Source of the DNA: Moniliella sp. 'wahieum'
Taxonomy: Eukaryota
Length of the DNA: 64,000 nucleotides
Assembly (NCBI GenBank): GCA_003971905.1
Contig: RSEE01000004.1
Location: 806,001-870,000, forward strand
Direction: 5' to 3'
The translations under genes were made by a program, and so were the position numbers. This document shows positions 13,805 through 27,112 of the stretch, one piece after another. The notes under the pieces are model-generated. The model saw nothing but the letters and a program-made list of their open reading frames with translations. It was not told where the DNA came from and searched no databases. Numbering within the stretch: position 1 is the stretch's first letter; every line of letters begins with the position of its first letter.

Positions 13805-16800
13805 GGAGGCAAGAGGGCAGGCAAGTGGGATGGAAGGGCAGAGTGAGGGGTGGTTAAGCAAGAGACAACGGCCAAAGAGAACGAAAGCTACGCAGTCCTT
13901 AGCCGGAAGAAAGATGAGGTTTGGGGGGTTAAGGGGTGGCACGGAGCTCACTATACTGGGGAGGCGGCAAGGGTAATCGACAGCTAAAATGCTGATATGA
14001 GAGAGAGATAACCAGGGTTGTCAGTTACCGGTTACTGGTTACCGAATATCGGATGGAGCCGCGGGGTGTGGGATACGGGAAATGACCCAAGACCAATAAA
14101 AGTGCGATGTTGAGTAACGATGAACTCGAGACCAGGTATTGGGTACCGGATGCAGTAATCGCGATGATGGCTAGCCAATCGGTCGCTTGGGCTTACAGAA
14201 AAACCAGTGCACCCCTGTAAAAGTAGCACATTCCTGTCAGGTCAGAGGATTTTCACTAGCGAGGGTGCGAATGACGAGGGCACTTGGGGATGATTGCGAG
14301 AAAAAGAACGTACCGAGAACTTCGAAACCCTTTCGCCGGTGTCAATCTAGCCAAGTGAAGGCTGTGGCGCAGTTGCTCAACCTGTTGCCGTGAGAACACC
14401 AGGGCAGGGTTGAACGTTGAAGCTGGAAGGCAGAGGAAGTGTAAGTGGGTGAGTACGCTCCAGTCGAAGCATCATCATGCATCAACGCATATCAATCTGC
14501 AGACACCATGCATCGCATGGCAAGGCAAGCATGATACGTGATGATGGTTGCACGTTGAACGTGCACGACGTTCACAGTCCTCCACGCATTCGAGCTGTGG
14601 ATTTCTCCAGGCTGTGGGACGTACAGAGGGAGAGACAGCGGGAAAGAGGTAGCGCTGTCGCAGGGCTCGGTGCTGAGAAGGGTCGACGAGATCAGACAAA
14701 TGTGTTGGGCGGATAACAGGGGCAGGATGGGTAGGGCACTTAGTCGATAAGGCCTAAGGGCGAGGATGTGGGTGTGGGATGTGCGGTGAATGGTGGAAGG
14801 TCTCTGGTGGATGTCAATGATCGATGGTGCCCGTATAGCGAGCGCCTTTTGCTGGCCCAGGCAATCTGCTAGTCACTTGTACAATCACTTGCACAGTCAC
14901 TTCGCCGAGCGTCTAAGCTTGTGAAAGTGGGGTGGGCGGCCGAAAAGCGGGGTGGAAGGGTGGAGTTGCTAGTACAAAGGTTACTGCCCCTGGGTAAGCT
15001 GGTAAGAAAACCTGAGACGGAAGCAGGAAGAGATGCCCGCTGACCCGACGGCGGCGTCCAGCAGAGAAAAGAAGGCAAGGTGGGGGGGAGGAGGGCTAGG
15101 GGCCAAGCAAGGGAGTGGGGGTCGTGGGGCAGACGGCACAGGAGACCCACCGAGCGGACTGCGACACTCGAGAGCCGAGAGGACCCGAAGCGCAGGCCAG
15201 AGCAAACCCCCAAGCCACCTGCGAGGAAGCGTCAGCGCGTACGGGCCCAGGCCCAAGCCTGCAGCATCTCGTATGCGATGAGGCGTAGAAGGGCGTAGCA
15301 AGGCCTCAGTACTTAGTGCACATAGCCAGTGCCTGGCCGCCTGCCTATCTAGCTTTGCTATCTCCTTCTCAGCCCCGTCACCGTGACGGGTGACGCGTGA
15401 CGCGTGAGCTCACCGCTCACCATCACACGCCCAGACGCCCACCCGAACAAAGGAATACATCTCTTTTCCGCCCAGGCGACTGCTGGGCTCTGCTGTGGCC
15501 GCCACAGCAGGATGCAACATTCCGACACGTCAGGCCTCAGGCCAGCCTCAGGGCGCCAGCAACCCAAACGTACGCAAAATGGCCCAAGGCCCAAGCCAGC
15601 ACCACTGGCGTCTGTGCGTGTCACGCGTCACGTGCACCCCCTGCCTCGCCCCCATCATGCACCACACGAGTTTGCGTTGCGGGCCAAGTGCTCGGATGTG
15701 GCTCCAGCGCTCCAGCTCTGGTGCGTGTGACACTGTTGGCCCGTTTGTACGTACTGGCATCCAGATCCAGACCCCCAGCGGTTCAAATAAACGAGTGCTC
15801 AGTTGCTACTTAGTAGTAACTAGTAAGTACACAATTGAGTACGTACTGGGTACTGATTGTCGATTGCCCTATCAAAACGCCCGTTCAAAAAGCCGACATC
15901 GGATGTCTGACGGGCTGACCCGACGGCTCCTATCGACAGCTCAACGCAATGATAAGAACAGGTGCAGCTGTCCAGCCACTGCCCAGCCACCGTTCAGCCA
16001 CAGCCCACCCCGCGGCTCCCTATCCGCACGGGGCTGCTTGCGCAGTCCGATAGCGGTTCAAAAGTCCCCGGTCGCAGGTCACCGGTCACCGGACACCGGC
16101 CTCACCGGTCTCGCATCATCGATGGCCAGTGGCCCCAGCACAGCGCCACTACAACGTAATGCGCAACGCGTAGCAGCGGCTTAAAGCTTAAATTTTAAAG
16201 CTAAGGCTTAGCGCTTAGGCTAAGCTTAGCGTTAAGGCTTAACGCACGTCCGCGTGACGCGTGACTCATGTGCTGCTCCGCCTCAGGCTGAGGCCTCAGG
16301 GCCTCAGGGCCTCAAATATCGGTGATGTCACAAGCCGCGACCTCCTGAATCCATAGCATTGGCGCAACAGGACACTTTCAACAACGCCTGCGCCTACCTG
16401 AAGGCAGTTATGTAATAGCTCCTACCAATGCAAGCAGGAGGGACTCGAGGGTTCGCCAGCAGGCCAGGATATCGGTCAGGCGTCGCTAGGAGACTCCTGG
16501 CACTCGTCTCGTTAATCATTCGCTGCTATCCACTCGCAGATGGATCTGCTCTTTTCTAAAAGAGGACAAAACTTGAAGGGATGGAGCGTCAGTCGCGTGT
16601 CATATAAGCCACGCGCTTCTCACGGGTCTATACAGCCAACTTCTCTACACTGAAGGCGGCCTGGTGCACCTGATGCAAGCACCCTGATGGCCTGCGTGAG
16701 AGGTGTCAATCAACGCCACCGATCCACTTTTCCAAAAGCCTCACTAGACACTGCAATATAATTCACGCTTCTCCGACAGCTTCAACTTTCCCGCCCTTGC

Positions 16801-17242
16801 CTGGGTACTTACCATGGGGAAACCTTGCGATCATTCGATAGCTTCCCTCAGCATCAACATTTTGTTGTGACATGTGAGAGCATGATATAAGCGCAGACCG
16901 TGTACCACCGAAGGTGGTACATTCAGCGGGAGCACCGCGATACCTTTGAAACGCCGGGAGAAGGAGCTGCTTCCGATTCTGGAGCAAGCAGAATGCGACA
17001 AGAACACCAAGTACTAACTCCAGAGGGACGCACCCAAGAGAGCATTTTTCCCCTGTTGGTTTTGACGAGACGCGAGAGGGTATTATGCCATCAAGTCAGC
17101 GGGTAAGATGCTTGAGCACTGATGGAAGGATTTGACTACTGACTCTCAATGGAGATGGTTCGCCGCTCGGATCTCTACCACGTTCATCCGTAACCACACG
17201 CGCTTCCTCGGGTATGGGAACGGATGGCGGGCACCAGAGGGT

Positions 17243-17390
17243 CCTGATCTCCTCTGACAATTCCCCTGGTTCCTTACGCGGGGTTGGCGCTATCAAAAGC
17301 AGCACACGCAGGATGAACGGGTCGGTTTAGGCGCGGCGTTTCGTTGTCCCAACCTTAAGCTCTGTCAATGATATAAATGCAGTATAGAGA
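17243..17390 (-). mobile_element. Repeat family A copy 1 (Helitron-like 5' terminus)
   Basis: Minus strand reads A|TCTCTATACTGCATTTATATCATTGACAGAGCTTAAGGTTGGGACAACGAAACGCCGCGCCTAAACCGACCCG. Homologous to four other copies in the window; homology starts at A|TC. Confidence 0.6.
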
Positions 17391-18753
17391 TACAGCAGCC
17401 CTATGACCATCCCGAAGGCAAGAAACCCGGTTGTGGCTGCGTTTCTGATGTGGTGAAAACAGGTTTATGATGAGAGTGTGGCGATCAACAAACACATGGT
17501 AAGAGCGATCAAAAATGAGGACACACAACAGGGGTAGGGGGCAAAACGTAAACATAATATACAAGTGGGGATGAGTAATGTAGGAGCGTGAAATCGCCCG
17601 GGGCGGGCCATCATACACAACAAGAGTGGTATAAGTGCCGCAGTCGTGTCGCCTCTTTTTATACAGCCCCCATATTGTATTGGGGCGGGGACATGGACAT
17701 GAAGTGAAGTGAAAAGACAATGGAGACAAAAGTACTCTCATCATGTGAGCGAGGGCTCTTAGAAATGGTTTACATTTCTGCATGCCAAAACGGCATTGAA
17801 CGCCTCTCTCCGTCTTGAAGGATGAGGCGATATGAGGCATTGCGGTACTCGATTACGTCCGGATGAGGATGAGGAAACGGTTGTAGGCATTGCGGTTGAT
17901 TGCGGAATATGACTCCTCATTGTCAGGGCTAGTCACCTTGGTAACCCCCGTCGCTCCCTGCAACGCCTTGTGCACCGCTTCGGTCGAAGGCACCCAGACA
18001 CGGGCCACCTCCTCCGCCCCGACTGCAATGTGAATGTGAGCCATGGTGGACAGCGAGTAAGACCTTGAAACATGGACGAACAAGGTGTGTCAATACTTTA
18101 TATGGCAAGTTCTCTGCGATCTCTGCCTTCGGGCGTCGCATCGCGAGAACGGCGGCTCTCTGTAAAGAGGAGTAGTAGTATACTCACTGGAGACAGCACG
18201 CCGTGATGGAGTAGACGAGATGGACCGAGCGTGGGAGTCAACGGGGATGGAGGAGTGAAGGGGAGGTGGATGTGGAGGGAGAGGAGAGGGAGAGACAACC
18301 AGATGTGCCCCCATAGTGTTAAATACAAAATGCCTACTGCATGTGGCGTTGTCGGGGCGCAGCTTAGGAGCAGGGTGTCCTACCCGCCCTAATTAAACTT
18401 CCATACAGCTGTGGTGCGATCCAACTATAGACAAGCCTGCTCGGCCCGGCCTCCCCCCCATAGTGCACCCGTGCTTCCCCGCATCGGCCCAGATTCTGGA
18501 GACAACCCCACATCCTCCTGTCCCCACCCCTCCCCCAACCCCCACCGCCCACACACATCTTTTTCTATGTCTGTAACGTCTGCTCCCCACAGTGTCAGCA
18601 TTACGCTCATCTTTATTACACACACTCACGCATCCACAAAGTTAGTTTTGTGCTCCACGGACAAATGGGTACACAATACATGAGTTCTTTTCCTTCTCAT
18701 TCTTTTACCACCTATTAGTTGTACACACAATCACTTATTCATTCCAAGGCATT

Positions 18754-18820
18754 ATAGTGAAGGTATAGTGAAATCGGTGAGCATAGTGAAGGCGTCGTGA
18801 AGGCATTGTGAAGGCATAAT
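18754..18820. repeat. Degenerate ~11-12-bp tandem repeat (GTGAAGGCA-like units)
   Basis: atagtgaaggt atagtgaaat...atagtgaaggc gtcgtgaaggc attgtgaaggc. Confidence 0.6.
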
Positions 18821-19856
18821 ATGGAGTACAACCGTCGGGCTATAAGAACTTTGTATACATGTACGATTCCTGGAAGAGGCGAAAATGGGCAAATACGAAG
18901 AACTCATCGGCACAGAACGCATACGGGAATGCGGGCATGCCCGCATTATTATCGCAGCTGTGAAGGTAAGTAAAAGCGTGGCAATTCAGCGTTTTTTTTG
19001 TCAAACGAGGAAAGCTGGACTAACTAAGGAGTAGCAGCTATTCACATACCATACGTCACGCGAGCGCCGCCGGTTGGACCTGTGTCTAGTGCATTGACTT
19101 GAGAAGCTGACCAAAATCTGGGGTACATGAGCGAGGGAATGCTAGTAGGGTTTGTCTACTTACTCTTCTGGTTTTTTGATCAGGTGATCGGTGCCGCTCG
19201 CTTAGTTATGGGAGGCTCCCCACGCAGGCAGCACCTCACATCGCTCCAGCTTCTCTGTCTCCGGCCTCTTCCCTTCAGATTCACGTGGGGACGCTGGTGA
19301 CGCCATTTGGCGAAACCGCTTTGCCAACCCGTTTTTGCCCGAAGTCGATCTGAAGTTTTGCTCCCCAGCGGCAGATCCCACAACATCCCCGATGACTTCG
19401 AGGAGTCGCACTTTACTAACATCCGGGTCTTTCCAATTCCTCTCAAAAAACTGTTGTTCATCAGCCAGCGGACGTATCCGAGTTGCGCTCTGCCACAAGG
19501 CGTATTTCATGTGAGTATATGACCTTTCACCTCGACGTCAGATTCGATCTCTCATTTTCGATTCGACCTCTCATACTTCAAGTTCCTCATCGTCGCGGTC
19601 ACTTCATGGCCTGTCCGAGTTGATTTAGTTCGGGGACGTGGAGGAAGCAGAGAAGCTCATTCACATGAGCTCTGGCAGGCACCACGCCCAAGTCTCAAGA
19701 ACTCGTCGAGCCCGATATCCCCTTCCCAAGCAAAACCCATATTGAAGGAAGTGATGGGGACATGAAAACACACTGAATGTATGGCTCATACGCGTAGTAT
19801 TTGGCCGAGCCAGATGATGTACAAGAGCGAGGTCGGACCAGCGAGAAGCCTGGTCA

Positions 19857-20306
19857 TCAATCCCTTTCCAAGTCTAGGCAAAACAGGTGAGCAAACAAAT
19901 ATCGCCTAATGAGGGGGGGGGGCAACGAACTGATGCTAGTCCCGAATCGAGCGTAGAGCTTGACCTTGAGTTCCTTCATGGACGCTTCAGCTTCGTCCGC
20001 CTCGGTCTCGAGTTCCGAGATGCGTTGCTCGGTACGCTCAGCATCGGCCTGAGCTCGTTCCAGCGCCAAAGGTTGAGAAAGGTGCACAAAGGTAGACCCA
20101 ACGAGGTAGGGAACCTTCTCATCTTCATCGACCAGCTCCAGTTCCATGATCAAATCGTCGAGCGCCTCCTTGTCGTCCCGTCGCTGGGCGAGCAACGCCC
20201 GCGCATCCGCCAGGACCACGTCGAGCCGACTGAACTCGTTGATGGACTTCTGGTCCTCCCACGACACTACAGTGTCATTCTCCTCGTTGTCATTGAGCAT
20301 GCGCAT
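19857..20306 (-). CDS. GIM3: Prefoldin subunit 4
   Basis: VSWEDQKSINEFSRL...ELVDEDEKVPYLVGSTFVHL...MKELKVKLYARFG. Intron ~19930->19874 (GTTCGT...GCTCAC...TAG) restores the conserved C-terminus SINLERD*. Confidence 0.93.
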   Translation of the reverse strand: MRMLNDNEENDTVVSWEDQKSINEFSRLDVVLADARALLAQRRDDKEALDDLIMELELVDEDEKVPYLVGSTFVHLSQPLALERAQADAERTEQRISELETEADEAEASMKELKVKLYARFGTSISSLPPPLIRRYLFAHLFCLDLERD

Positions 20307-20472
20307 CGTGCTGGAACGTTGTTGGTGCGATCAAGGTGGAGGGGGCTCGTGTGGCTGCGATCGACTTTAAGGGGCGTCAAGCTTGAAGGTGGCGCGGCAC
20401 GAAGGGGCGGAACTGTAAAGCGGAATTACCTCGATAGCTACATGAATTATTGAAGGCCAGATCGTATCATCC

Positions 20473-20568
20473 GGAGTAGTGACGCAGCGGTTAGCGTGTG
20501 AGATTGCAATTGCTCGTTTACGAGTAGCTATCATCTTGAAGTCGTTGGTTCGAGTCCGACCTACTCCT
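20473..20568 (+). tRNA. tRNA-Cys(GCA) with ~23-nt intron
   Basis: Acceptor GGAGTAG/CTACTCC; D-arm ACGC/GCGT; anticodon stem TGAGA/TCTTG around TT-GCA-A + intron; T-arm GTTGG-TTCGAGT-CCGAC; followed by a T-run terminator. Confidence 0.92.
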
Positions 20569-21114
20569 TTTTTATTATTTTAGGACAGGATTGGGCCTGA
20601 ATCGAAAAAGTGCTACCGCGCATCAGCTTGCCTCTGCGCCCTATGGTCTCACTTTTTCAGCTCCTGTTCCCGGATACCACCACCACCACCTGTCCAAGGT
20701 TCACGCACAAGCTATATAATCAACCTATCGTCAGATTGGTATACACTTGTCCGTGAGAGCACGAAATGCTGGTGGATGTCAGGTGCGGTGTTCCCTCGGT
20801 GGAACGCAGCGGCGTCTATCTGAGGGAGCACTGGGATCTTGCAATTTGAAATGCAAAGCAGCACTGGAAGCTGTACTTAGCTAATCCCAGCCAGCAGCCC
20901 AGCCACGGCAGGCCATGTCGGTCACCATCACTCCTCGAGTGGCTAGTGAAGGGGTCGGCTGGGAGATTCTCTTTCGTCTGCCGTTTGTGGCAACTCTTGC
21001 TGGGCCAAACAAGTGGCAATTGGGCGCAAGCTAGCTTGAAGCGCTTGACGTTTGAAGCTTGACTTGCCACGTTGACCACCCATCCTCTCAACCAGCCAAC
21101 GCCCACAGACGGCC

Positions 21115-24100
21115 ATGCCCGACGCCTTTCCCCCTCTCGGGAGCAGGCGAGAGGGTGCCGGGCAGACGAGAAGACCCCAGGCCCCCAACCCCTACCTTCC
21201 TTCAGCCCAGCGCGACTTTGATCCATACCCATCCCGGCTTGCTGAGCTGAGGCGACGGGCAATTGAGCATGCGTATGCCGCCGAAGACACGATGTTGGAG
21301 CAATCAGCGTCCGGTGCGCTCTCGTCTTCCAGGGGCGACAACAGAAGGGACGGTGTGGCCTTTTTATCACAAGATTCTGCTTCTGCCCTTCGTGCAGTGG
21401 GTCTCGAGACCGAGTTGGACGACGTGCAAGACGAGCCAACAGGGGATCGGCCTCAAGTGTATGGCATGTCACGGTCATCATCAACACGCCTGGACAGGCC
21501 AGGAGGAAAGCGAGAAGGAAACGTAAATCGGGTGCTTCCACTCCCTCCAAAGGCAGTGGCCACCAAGCCAAGAGCACAAGTGAGCCTGATCGCATGCTGT
21601 CCATCGCATCTGCTCGTCCAAGACCTGATGCTCCCCTAAGGGACCATCTTGAACATTATGCCCGTTTTACTCTTGGATCCTATGATCCTTGGGACGTAGG
21701 CATGTGGAAGGACGATGTGGAAGAACAACGATGCACCCCGGATTTGGTATTGGATCCAGTCGCCTCGTCTCATGGACTGGACGTGGACCTAACTCATGCC
21801 TTGGCCCAGGTCCGAAGGATCCGGGCCACTCGTTCGGCTCTAGCAAGGTCCGCCTTTAACCAGAAGCCCTTGTCATCTGAGTCGTATGCTGCTGAGGTCG
21901 AGGCCGAAGAAGAGGTATGGAAAAATGTTGATGATTGTTGCATCAGCTCCTCTCCTCTCCCGAGGCACTTGTCCAGCGGTTCAGTCCGATTCGCTTTTTC
22001 CACAATCATGTGGTACATGGGTTGGCCGGTGTGGAAGGTCCCATTCTTGCACTTGAAGCTGCCCGCGAGGCCGAGGCGAATCGGTTTGCAGAATGGTTTG
22101 CCGATTTGGCTCGTCCCGTTGCTACTCACCAGCCAACGGCCCCGGCAGACAGTGCCAATGTTCTCCAGGATGTACCGGCGAGCAGATGCTTGTGGCCAAA
22201 GTTCAAAACAAGCTTCGTTCCCTGCTTGAGTCACTGATTCCTACTGCAGGGGCTGTGGGACCCGCCACGCAGAACCTCAACTTGGTTGCTATTCTTCTGG
22301 TGCGGTCGGTATGTCCATTCCCGATTCCTGTGCGTTCCCTGCCTAACGCAATCATTGGTTTCTAGGTATTCGCCCCACTGTTCTCACCCACAGAGGATGT
22401 ACAGTTGTGGACACTCTATTTGGCCGCCGTTGGTTGCACACTGTCCCTGCCAGCCTATTGTGGTTGCACCTGTCTCAGGCAGGACGTGCATATGCACAGA
22501 CAAGAACCAATCTGTGTTTCATGATTTGCATTCTGACCTGGACGAGGCGCTCTTGGCAATGATTCGACATGACCCATCGTGCACGCAGGCACAGATGCGG
22601 GAGCGACTGCTAGCTGATCGCATAGGTCTCCACCACTTTTACACGGCTACTCGGTCCTGTCTTTCTGCGCCTGGCGTGGTTCAAGGTGCATATGCTTATC
22701 GCTTTGCCTCGGATGTGCTCGATGATCATACGAACTTGGTGGTCGCGCTTTCCTTTCACCCAACAAGCGGAAAGATTGGTGGTCCAACCAACTATGCGAC
22801 CCTCAACTCGACGACGGGGTGTCGTTGAGTGTCGGGCTCAAGCATCGTTTGCTCGTCAGTGCTTCCTTGGTTCGCTTTGCCTCGGCTGCCGATTCGATCA
22901 CATGGGAAGAGATGGCTTCATCGGCGTTTGGCTCGGGGCTGCAAAGAGGTGGGGACGAGGACGAGTTGGCTGACGAAGGGTGGGCTGCTTCCGAGTCTGG
23001 CCAATCCCGAGCTCACTTTGCCTACCCCACCACGAGCTTGGACAATCCATCCTTGACGGGGGTGTGCGCGTAGTCGGATCCACGGGACTAGACCGTGCCC
23101 TGGCTGAACTTGGACTGCTTGACACCCCAAGTCCCTCGCGTCGACTTGAGGTACATATTCGCCGTGGTCGTCTGCTCGAGACAGCATAGTCTTGCTTGAT
23201 CATCTCTCCCACACCAATCCCGAGGCCCGGCAGCTGCCGCTCTCGGTGTCATGGGTGGGAGAGGAGGCTGTCGATGGTGGCGGTCCGCGAAGGGAATGGA
23301 TCAGCGCCTTGGTTGCTGCTCTCACAGTGCGATCGTCGGGTGAAGCGACACCGAAACCCTCGGTGGGTGCTGGCTCAGCCAGTTGGATCGTCCACGTGCT
23401 TGGCTGTTGGGGTGTGCATTAGGACTTGCCCTGCTCCATGACGTTCCCGTTCGCCCCGAATTGCCTCTCTGGATCTACCGGCGTCTTCTTGGCGCGGGAA
23501 CTACCTCATCTCCTACTGGTATGTGGCAGATGTGAACAGAGTGCGACTTTGACTTGGCCTGTCGCATGATGAAGTACACCGACGCTGTGGGAGCATGGGA
23601 CACAGGACTTGATCCAAAGACGAGACACGACATGTTGGTGATGCGCATCGATCGGTTAAAAGAGACACAAGAGCACATGGCAAGCGCCCTTTTGGGCCCG
23701 GACGTTGCGGACGAGTCCTTGGTGGAGCAGTCGTTAAGCGAGTTGGTCAAGGGATTCCAATGGATGACTCGAGGTCTTCCGTTGAATATTTTGGGCCCAG
23801 GCGATCTACGTGCCATTCTCTGTGGATCAGACTCTGTGGACGAACTACATGAGTTGGAGCTGGAGCCGGGACGGAGTGTGGACAAAGAAGGCGCGGACGA
23901 ACAGCTTCAACTTTACCTGCGGCAAGCGACACGCCACATCGGTTTTGCTGCGGAAGTCCCCTTGGATCTGCAACTACGAGATCGGTTCTGGACCCTCTTT
24001 CTCTCTGACTGGAACGCAGCCCAACGTTCATCTTTGCTTTCCTTTGTAACGGGCGTCCCGGGTTTTCATCTGGATGGCACCGCCCCGTCTCGGGCCATAC

Positions 24101-24341
24101 TTCTACCTCGTCCGCTTCGCTCAGGGAGACAAGCTCGGGTGGCCCAATGGGGTCCAGCTCGGACGTACCCGCAGTGGCTATGACACTGCACCTGGTTGAC
24201 GACCCAGCGTTTGCATCGTACGTGCCCTGGAGCAGCACTTGCACCTCCACTCTCTTCCTCCCACGGATGGCAGCGCACGAGCTGGGGCCGCGACTCGAGG
24301 TGGCGCTGCAGAACGCGACGGCCGGGTTTGGGCTCAAGTAG
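21115..24341 (+). CDS. HECT-domain E3 ubiquitin ligase (multi-exon, frameshifted)
   Basis: HECT motifs LSVSWVGEEAVDGGGPRREW, LGPGDLRAILCG, WNAAQRSSLLSFVTG, and catalytic PWSSTCTSTLFLP...LEVALQNATAGFGLK*. Intron ending ...CCTAAC...TTCTAG at 22365. Confidence 0.88.
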
Positions 24342-25736
24342 GGCTTGGTACAAGTAACGAACTCATTTCCAACACTTGCGATAATCTGGATAATTGCTAT
24401 TGTCGAGAATGCAAGGACTGAGGTGGCCTACTTTCCTATGAATAGATTGTACATTTGGAAGAGAAGCCCCCCCTGCTCCGTTTTCTCGTTACACACCACT
24501 AGTTCATTGAGAAGATGCATGTCACGAATGAGGCGCCCCAGCTTGACAATCAGCTATACTGCGAACTATCTCGTGGAACGTCCCGTCTTCAAATTGGACG
24601 ACGGTGCGTACCACAAGATGCGCGCAACGGTGCCATCTGTGCACATTCGCCTTGGCAATGAGAGAAACGCCACAGAGTGCGGGGTTGAGCTTGAAGGCCA
24701 ACATATGAACTCGCTTGCCGTTACGAGCGGGGCACTTGGCAGCAGAGACGAGAGATAGCCTCGTGTTGTTGAACGGGCCTCTCGATGCCCAACTTTCAAC
24801 CACAAAAAGTCCTTTGAATGATTCATGCCGGGTGCTCTTCCACATTCGCTAACACATCGTTTGCACCGCGTCGTACACTCCTCCGGATGTGGAGGTTCTT
24901 GAAATCAGCCAATGGTTATGATTGCCTTCGGCAGCCGCCGTAACTAAGTGTGCGGAGCGCAATGTACCAGTAAAGCAGGGCAGTTGACATGTGTACAGGT
25001 GAACCCGATGAAGGATGCAACGTGGATTATCTCAGTAGGCCTGTCTCATGGTGGTGCTGCACCAATCTTCAACACCAAACACGGGCCCGACCTAAGGTCA
25101 TTATCATAGTCAACAGTTCAACAGAAGAAGCAAAAACTCCACTTTCCTCGACGCCACACCCACACTCCACAATCCGCCCCACCGGCCCCGCACCGCCTCG
25201 TCTGTATCAAAGGCATGCCAAGTGTTCTCCTAGTCTGTCGAACGAGTAGCGGTGAGTCGAGGCGCAATAGAAAACCCTGGAAACCTAGGACACGGTCAAA
25301 CCAAAATCCTTCAATCCACCAGTCGAGATCGACAGAAACAACCTGCGGAAGCCCGGTCACCGGTCACCGGTCACGCTGCCGCTTTTGGTGTGGCTTGCGG
25401 AGAGGCGGCAGGGGACTGGCCGGGAGCGGCAGAAGCGGCGCCGAGCGGGACCACGTGCGCGCGTTATTACGGCGCCACATGCACCACTGCAGATCCATCG
25501 GTTGCCACATCCGTAGCCAATCAACCACCACCAGCACAACCCCCACCACCATGCTTGGTCCTGCACCAATAAAGGGGTTGGTTGGAGGGATGAGACTGCG
25601 TTTGGTTCTCTCGACCCATCTACAGTCTCCACTCCTTCCTTCCCGTCCCGCTTCAAGCACTCTTCCCGCCCCGCCCACCTGCCCCCACGCTCTTTGACTT
25701 TGCATCTCTGTGGTGCTCTCTCCCGAACACGTCGCG

Positions 25737-27112
25737 ATGCAGCTCACTACCTTGCTCTCCTTCGCCGTCTCGGCTGCCACGCTGGTCTCGGCTGGCAGCC
25801 TGTCGAAACCGCAACTGGCACGCAAACATGCTGCCCGCCGCTCCGACAACACTTATACGCCAGGGCCTGGTCACTGGAACAAGACGACGCCTCTGGCCTA
25901 CCCCAAGTGGACGTGGGGGAAAAACTCTAGCGATGTTATGTACGGCGTCAACCTGGGCAACTACTTTGTCCTAGAACAATGGATGGATGCGGCCTGGTTC
26001 AACCAAACTGCCCCGGGCGCGGAGGATATGTGGCACTTTATCGAGTCGTTGGGGTCAACCAAGGCGATCGAGGTGCTGGAACAGCACTACGATACCTGGA
26101 TCAGCGAGGCTGCTGTCCAACGCATGTATGAAGCCGGTATCAATACCGTCCGTATCGGCATGGGCTACTGGTCTTGGATGAAGACGGACAGTGATGAACC
26201 GTACGTATTGACTTATATGATGCTTTGGGGTGGTAAAACTGACATCTGACATTTCACTGCGGTTTTCTCAGCTACGTGTATGCCAACGATCTCTATTACC
26301 TTGAGCGTCTGCTGGGTTGGTTGTACGACCGCGGGATGTACGCCATGATTGATATGCACGCGATGCCGGGCGGGCAAAATGGGGGTCCCACCGGTGGGCA
26401 CAACACAGCCCACTACAGTTTCTTTACCGATGCCAACCAGCACCGGGGCGACCACGTGATTAACTCGGTGGCTGACTATATCCAGAGCAGCAAGTATGGC
26501 AACGTCGTCTCTCCGTCCTGGTAGTCACGAGCCTTGCGGCAGTACTGCCTGCGCAGGCCAAACCGGTACGAAGGACCAGGGCAAGGTCCTGGCTCAATTT
26601 TACGAGCGTTCTTACAAGTCGCTGAGCCAGCGCCAGATTCCCATGGTTTTCCACCATGGCTGGGTCAAGGATCACCTGCTGGGTTGGTTGGACTTTGTCA
26701 AGGGCAAAGATCCCAGCCTACTCATTGGTTCGGACAACCCTTATCCCGGGGGCTTCTCCGCTGGCCATTCGACCAACAAGACGGAAGTCCTTGGCAAGGT
26801 CTGCGGCTATGCCAAGCAATACTCCGAGTACCCTGTCCCCGTCGTCGCTACCGAGTTTTCCATGGTCAACTCCATCTCCGACCCCAACTTCAACGCGGAA
26901 TACTACAAGGCGCAAGTAGCAAATTACGCCAAAGCAGCCGGCAGCGCGTTTTGGTCCTACCGTGTTCGTGCCAACTACGACGCTGTCCAATGGTCCTGGA
27001 CCGCCGCTTTGAACCGGGGCATGATCCCAAGCCCAACAGTACCCACCGCAGTCGCGCTGCAGCCAAGAAATTCATCGCCTCCTGGACCGATGCGTACCAA
27101 TGCGACTTTTAA
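25737..27112 (+). CDS. Secreted glycoside hydrolase family 5 (exo-beta-1,3-glucanase-like)
   Basis: Signal peptide MQLTTLLSFAVSAATLVSA; GVNLGNYFVLEQWM, GINTVRIGMGYW, MIDMHAMPGGQNG, nucleophile region VVATEFS, GSAFWSY. Intron ~26201-26270. Confidence 0.9.
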
